Below are positions 1-11,461 of a stretch of DNA of 64,000 bases, piece after piece. The stretch's first letter is position 1. The number at the start of each line of letters is the position of its first letter. Position numbers and translations under genes: made by a program. Source of the stretch: an uncultured Pseudomonadota bacterium (GTDB lineage Bacteria > Myxococcota_A > Polyangia > Fen-1088); the NCBI GenBank assembly GCA_963847705.1, contig CAWKBC010000030.1, positions 1 through 64,000 of the forward strand, read 5' to 3'. The notes below the pieces were generated by a model, which had not been told where the DNA came from, searched no databases, and saw nothing but the letters and a program-made list of their open reading frames with translations.

Positions 1-1356
1 GAACGAGCCCGACGGGACCTGGAAGAGCACCAGCCTGGCGTTCAACGACTTCTGGCAGCAGACCTACGCCCAGCTGCGCCAGCTCGATCCCACCATCAAG
101 ATCACCGGTCCCTCCACGTCGTACTACAACCAGTCGTTCATCCAGAGCTTGCTGTCGTACTGCAAGACCAACAACTGCCTGCCGGACATCGTCGGCTGGC
201 ACGAGCTGAGCGGCGGCAACGTGACCGGGAACATCCAGGCCTACCGGAGCCTCGAGAAGCAGCTCGGAATCGGTCCGCTGCCCATCACCATCAACGAATA
301 CAGCGGCGCCGCCGATCTCACCGTCGAGGGGCAGCCGGGCGCGTCGGCGTCGCTGATCGCCAAGTTCGAGCGGCTGGGCGTCGACAGCGCCTGCATCTCG
401 TTCTGGGACGTGAGCCATCCCGGACGGCTCGGGAGCTTGCTCGCCACCAACACCGACACCAACGGCGGATGGTGGTACTACAAGTGGTACGGCGACATGG
501 CCGGGAACATGGTGTCGACGACGCCAGCCACCCCCTCGAACAGCGCGGACCTGGACGGCTTCGCCAACCTGGACGGCACCGGCAAGAGCGCCAGCGTCCT
601 GTTCGGCGGCGTCAACGACGGCTCGGTCCAGGTGGTCATCAAGGGTTTCAGCGCGAGCGCCATCTTCGGCTCGACCGTGCACGTGGTCGTCGAGCACACG
701 CCGTTCGCGAATCGCACGACGTCGTCAAGGCGACCGACACGGTGTCGACGGCGAACGTCGCCGTCGCCAACGACCAGATCACGGTGTGGGTCGCCAGCAC
801 CAACAACAGCGACGGCTATCGAATCACCCTGACGCCGGTGGGGGGTGGTGCGGGCGGCAGCAGTGGGGCCGCGGGCGCCGCCGGTGCGGGTAAAAGGGGG
901 CGCCGGTGGCTTGGCACAATCGACCGGCTCAGGTGGCTCGGGTGGCGGGGCGGGCCGCAACGGGACAGGCGGCCTCTCGGGCTCGGGGGGTGGCGTGGGG
1001 ACGGGCGGCCGCTCCGGAACGGGGACCGGCGGCAGCGGTGGGACCGCGGGGATGAGCGGCACCGGCGGAGAATCGGGGACCGGCGGCTCGCTTTCGGGCG
1101 CCGGAGGCGGCGGTGCGATGCCGGGGTCGGGCGGAAGCGGCACCGGCGGTCAGGTCGGCGGAGAAGGGGGCGTCGGTGCAGAGACGGGCGGCACGACCGG
1201 GGAGGGCGGGACCTCGTCAACGTCGAGCGGCGACAGCGCGTCGGGTTGCTCGTGCGCCGTGGGTGAGGCGCCCCCGGGGCGACCACGCTGAACCTCGTCA
1301 TCGCCGTCGGCCTCCTGGCGGGTTTGCGCTTCCGGCGCCGCAGGCGCGCCCGGTAA
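1..1356 (+). CDS. GH39-like (clan GH-A) glycoside hydrolase with Gly-rich stalk and MYXO-CTERM-like tail; 5'-partial, about 3 apparent frameshifts
   Basis: Frame from nt 2 reads NEPDGTW...GWHEL...INEY (acid/base and nucleophile Glu pattern). It continues across shifts near 720, 895 and 1270 into a Gly-rich linker, SGCSC, a hydrophobic helix and RFRRRRRAR-stop at 1354-1356. Confidence 0.7.
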
Positions 1357-1469
1357 CGCATCCCACATCGCCGAAGCGGTCGGCGGCGTGCGCGAGAAAT
1401 CCAACTCGTTTTCTTCTCAACATTGACTGGCCCCGAAGCAGTTGAGGGTGTGAATACAACCGACGAATC

Positions 1470-4260
1470 TTGAGCTGCGCATCACACGCGCGCGGGACGA
1501 CCTCGACGCGCCGGCGCATCCTCATCCGACACGGGGCGGCGCTCATCTTGTCCGCGGCCCTTCTGAACGCCTGCGCTGACGGGACTGGGGGCGGACAGAC
1601 CACCGGAAGCGGAGGCACCGGCACGGGAGGCAGCGCCTCCGGCGGTCGGTCGGGGACTGGCGGTGGTGAACCGGGGACAGGGGGCGCTGCCTCGGGCGGT
1701 GTGTCGGGGACCGGTGGCCGCGGGTCGGGGGGAAACTCCGGCGCCGCCGGATCTGGCGGTCAGCTCGGCGCCACCGGCGGTGGCAACGGAAGCGGTGGCG
1801 TGACGGGCTCTGGAGGCATCGGCGCCGGTGGCCAGGCGGGCAAGGGACCGGCGGAGCGGCCGGGTCCGGCTCCGGGACTGGTGGCACCGGGGGCGGGGGC
1901 GGTTCCACGTCCACGGCGGCCGGTCTGGTGAACACCTACGACGGTGCGCGATCGACCACGGTCAGCTTCGACGCCGCCTGGAAGTTCCACCTGGGCGACG
2001 TGACCGGCGCGCAGGCCACCACGTTCGACGATTCGTCGTGGACGGGCCTGGACGTGCCCCACGACTGGAGCATCTCATTGCCGTTCACCCAGAGCTCGCC
2101 GGCCGGTAGTGGCGGCGGATACCTCAACGGCGGTCAGGGCTGGTATCGGAAGACCTTCACGTTGCCCGCCTCGAGCTCGGGGCAGAAGGTCTTCATTCAG
2201 TTCGACGGCGTCTACATGGACAGCACCGTTACCTCAACGGCACGCAGGTCGGCGCCCGTCCTTACGGGTTCTCCTCCTTCGAGTGTGACCTGACGGCCGC
2301 CGCCAAGTTCGGCGGCTCGAACGTCCTCGCTGTCCGGGTCAACAACCAGCAGCCGAGCAGCCGCTGGTATTCGGGGAGCGGCATCTACCGGCACACCTGG
2401 CTCAAGACTGTGAACCCGGTGCGCGTGGCCTACACCGGCACGGCGGTGACGACGCCGACGGTCTCGAGCTCGAGCGCCACCGTGGACATCGCGGTGACGG
2501 TCCAGAACGACAGCTCGAGCGCCCAGTCGGTCACCCTGGCCAGCACGGTGGGTGACCCCACCGGAGCCTCGGTCGGCGCGGCGACCTCGGCGGCCACCTC
2601 GGTCGCGGCGGGGAAGACCGCCACCGTGACGCAGACCGTGACCGTGTCCAATCCCAAGCTGTGGTCGGTCTCGTCGCCGAACATGTACTCGGTGATCACC
2701 ACCGTGTCCGCCGGCGGCAGCGTCGTCGACACGTACGCGACGCCGTTCGGGATCCGGACCTTCGCGTTCAGCGCCACCACCGGCTTCACGCTGAACGGCG
2801 CCGCCGTGAAGCTCAACGGCACGTGCGACCACCACGACATGGGCTCGCTGGGCGCCGCCGTCAACAACCGTGGGATCCAGAAGCACCTGGAGATGCTCAA
2901 GAGCATGGGCGTGAACGCGCTACGCACGTCCCACAACCCGCCCGCGCCGGAGCTGCTCGACATGGCCGACCGCATGGGCTTCCTGGTGATGGACGAGGCG
3001 TTCGACTGCTGGGACCAGGCCAAGAACCCGTACGACTACGCGCGCTTCTTCAGCCAGTGGTCGACGACGGACATCGGCGACATGGTGGCCCGCGACCGCA
3101 ACCACCCCGGGATCATCATCTGGAGCATCGGCAACGAGATCCAGGACAACAACAACACCACCATCGCGGCCTCGCTCATCGCGGCCGTCAAGGCCAAGGA
3201 CAGCACGCGGGCGATCGGCCAGGCCAACGCCGAGGCCGCCCCGGGCGCCCAGGTCGCGGCCATGGAAGACGTCGTGGGGCTCAACTACGCGCCGTACAGC
3301 TATGACGGCACGCACTCGAGCAACCCCAGCTGGAAACTCTTCGCCAGCGAGTCGTCGTCCGCGTCCGGAGCCCCGGCGTCTACAAGACGCCGGTGACGAC
3401 GAACATCCTGTCGGGGAGCGACAACCAGTGCTCGTCGTATGACAACAGCGTGGTCTCCTGGGGCACCAGCGCGGAGGGGTCCTGGTCGAGCGTCAACACG
3501 CGCGCCTTCATCGCGGGCGAGTTCATCTGGACCGGCTGGGACTACATCGGCGAGCCGACCCCTTACGGGTGGCCGTCGAAGAGCTCGTACTTCGGGGCCA
3601 TCGACACCGCGGGGTTCCCGAAGGACATCTTTTACTTCTATCAGAGCAAGTGGGGCGCAGCCGGACCGACCATGGTCCACATCGTGCCGATGGACTGGAC
3701 AAGCTGGACCGCCGGCCCGTCGGTCACCGTCTGGGTCTACAGCAACGCGGACAGCGTCGAGCTGTTCTTGAACGGCACGTCGCTGGGATTGAAGACGACG
3801 AGCGCCACACACCACCGCGCACCTTCAATGGTCGGTCCCCTTCGCGACGGGCACGGGCAGGCGAAGGCGACCAAGGGCGGCACGGTGGTGGCGACCGACA
3901 CCGTGAAGACGGCCGGCTCGGCGGCGAAGCTGGCGCTCAGCCCCGACCGGGCCACGATCACGGCCGACGGGCGGGACCTCTCTTACGTCGAGATTGACAT
4001 CCAGGACGCGCAGGGGGTGGTCGTCCCCAAGGCCGGGGACACCGTCAGCGTGGCGGTCAGCGGACCGGGCACGCTGGTCGGCCTCGACGCCGGCGATTCG
4101 ACGAACCACGACTCTTACAAGGGGACGTCCCACGCCGCCTTCAACGGCAAGCTGATGGCGATCATTCAATCCACGGGGACCGCGGGGACGGTGACGGTGA
4201 ACGCGACTTCCGGATCACTCGACCGCCGGTTCGACGACCATCACGACGCAAGCACCGTGA
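1470..4260 (+). CDS. GH2 beta-galactosidase-like lipoprotein with Gly-rich stalk; split by several apparent indels
   Basis: Lipobox LLNAC; GH2 motifs VPHDWSI, GWYRKTF, FDGVYM, RTSHNPP, DRNHP, WSIGNE, GEFIWTGWDYIGEP and C-terminal Ig-like domains. Shifts near 1845, 2230, 3365, 3810/3855 and 4222. Confidence 0.85.
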
Positions 4261-4530
4261 GGGGCAACGGGCGTCGTCAGAGCTGATTGAAGAAGGCCCG
4301 AGCTGGCTGGGGAGCCTGCCTCCAGGGTGGAGCGGGGCCGGCGTCCCCCGACGCGCTGCTGCGCGCGGGCTTCGTTTTCTGCGGGTGTGGGCCTCCCTTT
4401 GACAGGGCTCGCGGAAAAAAGTAGAAAAATGCTAGGCTGGACCATCGGTCCCGGTCGACCCAACCGGTCGGACCCAATCGGTGGATCGAGAGATAGGATC
4501 GCCTAGTCGCCTCACCGGGTGGAGATCGTC

Positions 4531-5553
4531 ATGCAACACGAGGGGCCTCGTCAGGGAGTGCTAACTCAGGAACGTTCGGCCGTGGAGCCCTTCATCACGG
4601 TGTTCGATGCGGAGCTCGACTACCTGTTCGCATCGTTGCGACGCCTCGGCGCCCGTCCGGAGGAGGTGGAGGACCTGGCGCATCAGGTCTTCCTTGGTCT
4701 GCTTCGAACCAGACCGAAGCTCGAGGGGCGGCGCTCCTTTCAGCTCCACCTGTTCGGCCTCGCCGTCCGGGTCATGGCGAGACAGCGGCGACGCCCCCCT
4801 GGCAACCTGGTGGAATCCAGCCAATCCCTTCCGCTGCGACTGGCGGTCCTGGATTGCGTTCCGCTGAAGCATCGCGCTGTGCTGGTTCTGCACGAGCTGG
4901 ATCAGGTCTCACTGGAGGAGATCGCAGGCAGCCTCTCCATGACTCGGTTCGGCGTCGCCGTGAGGTTGCGCAAGGCCCGGCGGGAGATGGAGGCTGGGAT
5001 TCGTCAGCTGGCGATGGACTGGCGGGCGGGTCGGTTCGGGCATCCCGACCTTCTTCTGGCGGCGCTGGGGATTCGCAACAAGGATCTCCCAGAGAGCCTC
5101 ACGGCCCGACGCGGAGCCGGTCTCGAGGCTGCCACGAACGAATCCCCCTCCGAGTCCGTCGGCGAGGTCCTCAAGCTCCAGGACGACATCTTCCTGCTGG
5201 AGATGGTGATGGACGATTTTCCCGAGACCATCTATTTCAAGGATCAGAAGAGCCGTTTCACGCACATCAATCGGTATGCGGCGGCCCACTACGGGATCGC
5301 CAATCCGGCGCTGGCGATTGGTCGCACCGACTTCGACTTCTTCACCGACGAGCACGCCTCTCAGGCGCTGCGGGAGGAGCGGGAGATCATCCGGACTGGA
5401 CGTCCTCTGATGAGCATCGAGGAGCGGGAGACGCTTCCGAACGGCAAGCTTCGCTGGGTCTGGACCACGAAGCTTCCTCTTCACGATCGCGCGGGTGATG
5501 TCGTCGGGACCTTCGGCCTGTCGCGCGACATCGGCGAACGAAAGGCAGGCTGA
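4531..5553 (+). CDS. ECF-type sigma factor fused to a C-terminal PAS/PAC domain
   Basis: N-half: LRRLG..EEVEDLAHQVF (sigma2) and RAVLVLHELDQVSLEEIA...RLRKAR (sigma4). C-half: IYFKD...IGRTDFDFF...RWVWTTKLPL...VGTFGLSRDI (PAS). Alternative GTG start at 4519. Confidence 0.8.
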   Translation: MQHEGPRQGVLTQERSAVEPFITVFDAELDYLFASLRRLGARPEEVEDLAHQVFLGLLRTRPKLEGRRSFQLHLFGLAVRVMARQRRRPPGNLVESSQSLPLRLAVLDCVPLKHRAVLVLHELDQVSLEEIAGSLSMTRFGVAVRLRKARREMEAGIRQLAMDWRAGRFGHPDLLLAALGIRNKDLPESLTARRGAGLEAATNESPSESVGEVLKLQDDIFLLEMVMDDFPETIYFKDQKSRFTHINRYAAAHYGIANPALAIGRTDFDFFTDEHASQALREEREIIRTGRPLMSIEERETLPNGKLRWVWTTKLPLHDRAGDVVGTFGLSRDIGERKAG

Positions 5554-5615
5554 GCCGAGGCTCCTCGTCCCGCCGAGGGCTTTGCTCTCGGGTATTTGTT
5601 GTCCGCTGATGCCCG

Positions 5616-7161
5616 TCAGGGGTTGGACGGCGTTGCCCAGCTGTTGGGCGCCGCCAGACCGTTTTTGACGCCCGTCATGATGCCGCTGACGATCGTCGAC
5701 TGGGTTTGAGCCCCGCTGGTCCGGTCGAAGATCGCGAACGAGCTGGTGCCTGACCCTCCGTTGTCCCACCAGACGGGAACCAGGCCCGCGGTCGTCGTGT
5801 CCTGGGCATAGGCCAGCGCGTGCGCCGCCCGGTTTGCTGTCGCCTGGGCGGCCATGGAGCCCCACTCGCCGATGATGACGACCTGGGTCGGCAGCCAGAC
5901 CCGGATCTGCTGGGCGATCGAATTCTGCATGTCGCTGTAGTCCGAGGCGCTTCCCCAGGCGTAAGGCGTCGTGCTCAGTCCGAAGTTCGTCGGGTAGTAG
6001 GTGTGAAGCGAGATCACCAGATTGGGATCGTTGATGAAGCTCACTTTTTGCATCGACTGGATGCCCGACTGGATGGGGCTGGCGCCGACCGGCTGGATCA
6101 TGACGATCCGCGTGGCGTTGGCTCCGCCCGTGGCTCGGATCGCCTTGAAGCAGGCTTCGAGGTACATGTTCAGATCCGTTTGTGCCTGCGTCGTGTTGCC
6201 GCCGCCGGCCTCGTTCGGCTCATTGAAGCACTCGAACATCAGGCGGCTGTCGAACGACTGGAAGGCCGCCGCGATCTGCGTCCAAACGGCCGTGACCTCG
6301 GCCGCCACGCTCTGCGCCGCCGAGGTCGCCGAGGGAAAGCTGACCCAGCCTGAATTGCCGTCCGCCTCGTGGTGGGTGTTCACGAAGACGTACATGCCCG
6401 CGTCGACGGCCCATTGGGCCGTCTGCGCGACCTTCGCCATCCAGGCGGAATCGATGGTGTAAGAGGGCGCGGCGCCGATGTGGTCGGTCCAGGTCACCGG
6501 GAGCCGCAGCGTCTTGAACCCCGCGGCATGCACCGCGTTGATCAATGTTTGCGACGGCGTCGGGTTGCCGTAGCTCGTCTCGTTCGGAGCGGCGTCAAAG
6601 GAGTTGCCCAGATTCCAGCCCGGCGACATGAGCTGGACCGCTTGCTGCGGTGTGAGCGGACCGGCCCCGCCGGTGCCGGAGCTGCCGCCGGATCCGGTGG
6701 TCCCGCCCCGGCCCTGGCTGCCGGCCGCGCCGGTCGCCCCGCCGGTGCCGGTCATTCCACCCGTGGCCGCCGCACCGCCGCTGCCCACGGCGCCACCGGT
6801 TGCCGAATGCCCTGCAGCCCCGCCGGTCGCGGTGCCGCCGCTGCCCACGGCGCCGCCGGTAGCGGAATTCCCTCCGGTTCCCCCCGTTGCCGTCGCGCCG
6901 CCGGTCCCGAAGCCACCACCAGCGCCCGTCGTCCCACCGGCGCCCGCGCCCCCCGTCCCCACGCCTGCGCCACCGCGTCCCGATATGGTCCCACCGCTGC
7001 CACCATCACCTCGCCCCGCAACGGCCCCCTGGCCACCGCTGGCGGTGGCGCCCGCGCCCCCCGTCGAATCCCATGTCGCCGCCGCCAGTCGAGCCGCACC
7101 CTGACCCCCCGGTCGCGAGGACCCCGGCGCTCAAGTACAGAACCGCAGCGAATCGATGCAT
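5616..7161 (-). CDS. GH5 endoglucanase-like lipoprotein with Gly-rich stalk; one apparent frameshift near 7070
   Basis: GWNLGNSFDA, RLPVTW, NTHHE, NEP, HTYYP and IIGEWG motifs. Signal peptide MHRFAAVLYLSAGVLATGGSGC starts at ATG 7161 in an adjacent frame. Confidence 0.85.
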
Positions 7162-7323
7162 CACCTACATTGTCGCAAGCTCGGAATTCTGTTCAAACGT
7201 TTCGCGCGGAGAGCGGACGCTGACGCCGCCCGCGGGTGGTTTTCCGGGGCCGGCGGGGTGTCCCGGTCGGCTCATCGGGATCTTCGTCCTGCACAAGGGA
7301 GGCCCTCGAAGCAGTAACGGGAG

Positions 7324-9537
7324 GTGGCCACTCGCAAAATCGAACCTGGCCGGGCGATCTTCCAGCGTTTTTTGCTGTTTTTGGCCGTCGGCGCCTGCCT
7401 CTCTGCGGCCTGCGGCTCCTCGTCACCGGGGAGCAGCGGCTCGGGAGGCAGCGCGGCCGAGGGTGGTGAAACCGGTTCCGGTGGAGCGGTCGGCTCGGGG
7501 GGGCGGACGGGAACGGGGGGCTCCGCGGGCGGGCCCAGCGGCTCGGGTGGCGCGGCGGCGACGGGCGGCGGGGCGGGGCACGGAAGCGGGGGAGTCACCT
7601 CGACCGGCGGGAGCACCGGCAGCGGCGGGCACGGCGGAGGTGCCGGCACGACTTCGACCGGTGGAGCCACCGGCAGCGGAGGCGCCAGCGGCGGACACGG
7701 CGGAGGCGGGGGAACGACCGCCAGCGGCGGAAGCACCGGCGGCGGGGGAGCCGGCGGCGCCGCGGTGGCGAGCGGAACGCTCTACGTGGCCCCGAGCGGC
7801 AGCGACTCGAACCCAGGCACCCTGGCGCAGCCGCTCCGAACGGTGGGCAAGGCGCAATCTCTCGTGCGCGGGATGACCGCCGGAATGACCGCCGACCTCA
7901 CGGTGTATCTCCGCGGCGGCACGTATCCCCAGGCGAGCACGCTGACGTTCTCCAACGCCGACTCGGGGCAGAACGGCTTTTACGTCAAGTACCTCGCCTA
8001 CCCTGGCGAGCAGCCGCTCATCACGGGCGGACAGCCCGTCACCGGGTGGACCGTCTCGGCCGCGAACAGCAAGATCTACACGGCCAGCGGGATCACCACC
8101 CCGTTCCGGCAACTTTACGTCAACGGGGTGAAGGCGATCCGCGCGCGGAGCCCGAACCTGGGGACGAACGGCGCTCTCGCGTTCAACCGGCTGACCGGCG
8201 CCGACGACACCGCCCAGAACATCCAGGTCGCCAGCTCCGAAGTTTCGAGCTGGAACAACTTCACCAAGGTCGAGATGCACGTCATGATCGGCTGGGGAGA
8301 CAGCACCCTCCGGCTCGCCTCGTCCACGACGTCAGGCGGCACCGCCACGCTCAAGATCCAGAGCCCGGAAAGCACGATCGTCTTCCCTCGGCCCTTTCCG
8401 CACCTCGGCGGGCAGTTCGGGGGGTTCACCAAGCACTGCTACTACTTCGAGAACGCGCTGGAGTTTCTCGACCAGCCCGGGGAGTGGTACCTCGACGAGG
8501 GCAAGGGCGTCCTCTCCTACATGCCGCGCACGGGCGAGGACATGACCAAGGCGACGGTGGTGGCTCCCATGCTCGAGACGGTGATGAGCATCGCCGGCGC
8601 CAGCACCACCAGCCAGGTCAGTTATCTCTGGTTCCAGGGGATCACCTTTGCCCATTCGACGTACATGCGCCCCAGCCAGTACGGCTTCCTCGACGGACAG
8701 GCGGGCCAGTACAACCTGACGGCCACCACCGACAACAAGCAGACGGTGGGACGGCCGGCCGCCGGCGTCAGCGTGATGAACGCCAATCACATTCACTTCG
8801 AGCGGAACATCTTCACCCAGATGGGCGCCACCGGCCTCGACTTCATCTCGGGGACCAACAACGACATGATCATCGGCAACGTGGTCACCGACATCGCCGG
8901 CAACGGCATCTCGATCGGGAAGTTCACCGCCAGCGACACGACCGAGTACCACGTCCCCTACAACCCGACCGACAAGAACGAGATCTGCACCAGCGACACC
9001 ATCAAGGACAACTACATCCACAACGTCACCACTGAATTCCAAGGCGCCACCGGCATCGCGGCCGGGTATCCCAGGCAGGTCGACATCGAGCACAACGAGA
9101 TCGGGTACACGAACTACACCGGCATCTCGGTCGGCTACGGGTGGACCAGCTCGGTGAATGCGATGAGCAACAACTACATCAACTACAACAACGTCCACCA
9201 CGTCACCCAGATCCTGGCCGACGGAGCGGCGATCTACACGCTGTCCAACCAACAGCCGGCGTCGCAGATGGAATACAACTACATTCACGACTACCAGACC
9301 AGCCAGTGGGCTGATTACGGGGACCAGGGCCTCTACCTGGATGAGCAGACCAGCGGCTACACGATCGCGCACAACGCCATGGTCAACTCCCCGACGAACG
9401 TGGCGCAGAACGATACGGGTACGAACACCATCACGGACAACCCGGCCAGCAACGCGTCGTCGGTCAGCTCGATGGCCGGAATCGAGGCTTCCTATGCCGA
9501 CATCAAGACCACGGCGATTCCGCTCCCCAGCTTCTAG
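7324..9537 (+). CDS. Right-handed beta-helix lipoprotein (GH141-like) with Gly-rich stalk
   Basis: Lipobox LSAAC; YVAPSGSDSNPGT, VYLRGGTY, RQLYVNG, LDQPGEWY, YTGISVGYGW, DGAAIYT, GLYLDE. Confidence 0.75.
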   Translation: MATRKIEPGRAIFQRFLLFLAVGACLSAACGSSSPGSSGSGGSAAEGGETGSGGAVGSGGRTGTGGSAGGPSGSGGAAATGGGAGHGSGGVTSTGGSTGSGGHGGGAGTTSTGGATGSGGASGGHGGGGGTTASGGSTGGGGAGGAAVASGTLYVAPSGSDSNPGTLAQPLRTVGKAQSLVRGMTAGMTADLTVYLRGGTYPQASTLTFSNADSGQNGFYVKYLAYPGEQPLITGGQPVTGWTVSAANSKIYTASGITTPFRQLYVNGVKAIRARSPNLGTNGALAFNRLTGADDTAQNIQVASSEVSSWNNFTKVEMHVMIGWGDSTLRLASSTTSGGTATLKIQSPESTIVFPRPFPHLGGQFGGFTKHCYYFENALEFLDQPGEWYLDEGKGVLSYMPRTGEDMTKATVVAPMLETVMSIAGASTTSQVSYLWFQGITFAHSTYMRPSQYGFLDGQAGQYNLTATTDNKQTVGRPAAGVSVMNANHIHFERNIFTQMGATGLDFISGTNNDMIIGNVVTDIAGNGISIGKFTASDTTEYHVPYNPTDKNEICTSDTIKDNYIHNVTTEFQGATGIAAGYPRQVDIEHNEIGYTNYTGISVGYGWTSSVNAMSNNYINYNNVHHVTQILADGAAIYTLSNQQPASQMEYNYIHDYQTSQWADYGDQGLYLDEQTSGYTIAHNAMVNSPTNVAQNDTGTNTITDNPASNASSVSSMAGIEASYADIKTTAIPLPSF

Positions 9538-9549
9538 CCGGAGGTTCCC

Positions 9550-11391
9550 ATGAGATCTCCACGGTCCGCGACGTCTGCCTGCATCGGAATCGGGTCGGCC
9601 TTGTGCTTCGCCCTTTGCGGCGTCGCCCGTGCACAGACGACCAGCAAGACCTTCATCGACTACTTCCAGCCGACGCCGATCACCTGTCCGCTCACCACGA
9701 GCGCCTGGGGCTGCACCGCGACGGGCTCCACGCCATCAAATTGCACCTCGGGGATGGGCGTGGTCCCGCGGGACACCTGCAACGGGATCGAGAGCCCGAG
9801 CAATCCGCCGGGGTATTACTACTGGGACGGCACCCTCATCCTCGCGGCCGACGGCACCTATCACCTGTTCGCCGACCGATGGGCCGGCTCCGGCGGGTTC
9901 AACCCGGGCTGGGAGAGCTCCGATCCCATTCACGCCGTGGGCGGCACGAACCCCTTCGGCCCTTACACGGACAAAGGGTATGCGTACAGCGACGGGAGCT
10001 TCGGCAGCGACCCCCACCACGGCCACAACAGCGAGGTGGTCACCCTCCTGAACGGCACCTACGGCATGGTCGTCAGCGAGGTCGTGCCGTTCACGATCTT
10101 CACCGCCAGCTCGCTCGACGGGCCCTGGACCCCGTGCTCCGGCTCCCCCGGCTCCGGGCTGAGCGTACCGTCGGGATTCGGCGGCAACACCAACTACGCC
10201 TCGAACGTCAGCCTGGTGGTGCGCCCGGACGGCAACTTCGAGATCATTCAGCGCCACGGGCTCATCGCGCTCAGCACCAGCGGAATCTGTGGTCCCTACA
10301 AGGCGCAGCAGCCCACCAACACCTATCCGTCGTCGGAGACCATCCCCTCCCAGTACAGCGCGAGCATCTACCCGAACCGGCAGAAGCACCTCGATTCGAT
10401 GGGACCGTCGACGGTCGAGTCCACCTACAGCCTCGCCGAGGATCCGGTGATCTGGTTCAGCGGCGGGCAGTACCACGTCCTTTACGACTATCCGGACGAT
10501 CGCGTCGGCTATCACCTCTCGTCGTCCGACGGCATCCACAACTGGACTGACCAGGGGCTGGCCTACGATCCGCGGTACGCGAAGCAAATTTTCAGCTACA
10601 CGGACGGTACCGTCGACCACTGGTACAAGATGGAGCGGCCCGGTGTTCTGGTCGAGAACGGACACGTCACGCACGTGACGTTCGCGGTGAGCGACGTCGA
10701 CAAGAACAATCAGATCCCGGCGGGCTCGGACCACGGCAGCAAGGTCATCGTCATCCCCTTCGATGGGGTCACCTTCGACGCCGACACGGGCGCCGGTGGC
10801 GGTGGCGGCGCCAGCGGCACGGGCGGAGGGAGCGGCACCGGCGGCACCAGTGGAACGGCGGGCAAGGGCGGAACGAGCGGAACCGCAGGCGCCGGTGGCA
10901 AGAGCGGAACGGGCGGTGCCGGCGGCAATGCCGGCCGCGACGGAGGGACGGGTGGCGGGAACTCCGGTGGCGCGGCTGGTGCCGGCGGTCGCTCGACGGG
11001 CACGGGCGGCTCGACGGTGGCGTCCGGCGGTGTGAGCGGCGCGGGCACGGGTGGCGTGACCACCGGCAGCGGAGGCCTCACCGGCAGCGGTGGAACGGCC
11101 GAAGGCTCGGGCGGACATGGCGCTGGCGGCCTGGCAAGCGGCAGTGGCGGAAACGACAGCGGCGGACAGGGCGACTCCGGGTCGGGCGGATCGACGTCCA
11201 CCCCCAGCACCGACGGGTCGTCGGGCTGCTCGTGCGCAACGCAGGGAAGCGTGCCGGCCGGCTCGGGTGGATGGGCCCTGGCGCTCGGATTGGTGGTCTT
11301 CTCCCTGGTTCGCCGGCGGCGCTCCGCAAAGGGGGCACCGGGGGTTGAAACTGGACTGAAGCGCGGTCACGCCAGCGGCGGTATAAGTTGA
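9550..11391 (+). CDS. GH43-like beta-propeller glycoside hydrolase with Gly-rich stalk and MYXO-CTERM-like tail
   Basis: Signal peptide; WDG..I...DGTYHLFA.RW, EDPVIW, KMERP; ends SGCSC-linker-WALALGLVVFSLV-RRRR. Confidence 0.7.
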   Translation: MRSPRSATSACIGIGSALCFALCGVARAQTTSKTFIDYFQPTPITCPLTTSAWGCTATGSTPSNCTSGMGVVPRDTCNGIESPSNPPGYYYWDGTLILAADGTYHLFADRWAGSGGFNPGWESSDPIHAVGGTNPFGPYTDKGYAYSDGSFGSDPHHGHNSEVVTLLNGTYGMVVSEVVPFTIFTASSLDGPWTPCSGSPGSGLSVPSGFGGNTNYASNVSLVVRPDGNFEIIQRHGLIALSTSGICGPYKAQQPTNTYPSSETIPSQYSASIYPNRQKHLDSMGPSTVESTYSLAEDPVIWFSGGQYHVLYDYPDDRVGYHLSSSDGIHNWTDQGLAYDPRYAKQIFSYTDGTVDHWYKMERPGVLVENGHVTHVTFAVSDVDKNNQIPAGSDHGSKVIVIPFDGVTFDADTGAGGGGGASGTGGGSGTGGTSGTAGKGGTSGTAGAGGKSGTGGAGGNAGRDGGTGGGNSGGAAGAGGRSTGTGGSTVASGGVSGAGTGGVTTGSGGLTGSGGTAEGSGGHGAGGLASGSGGNDSGGQGDSGSGGSTSTPSTDGSSGCSCATQGSVPAGSGGWALALGLVVFSLVRRRRSAKGAPGVETGLKRGHASGGIS

Positions 11392-11461
11392 GCGCTTCGT
11401 CACCCCGGCGTTTGTCGATCCGGCCGTTCGCGTTCTCTTGAAGAGCAGGAGTTTCCACATC

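Noticed and set aside
1840-4260. Programmed frameshifting in the GH2 gene
   Set aside because: Too many shifts, no slippery heptamers, and one compensating pair; sequencing error is simpler.
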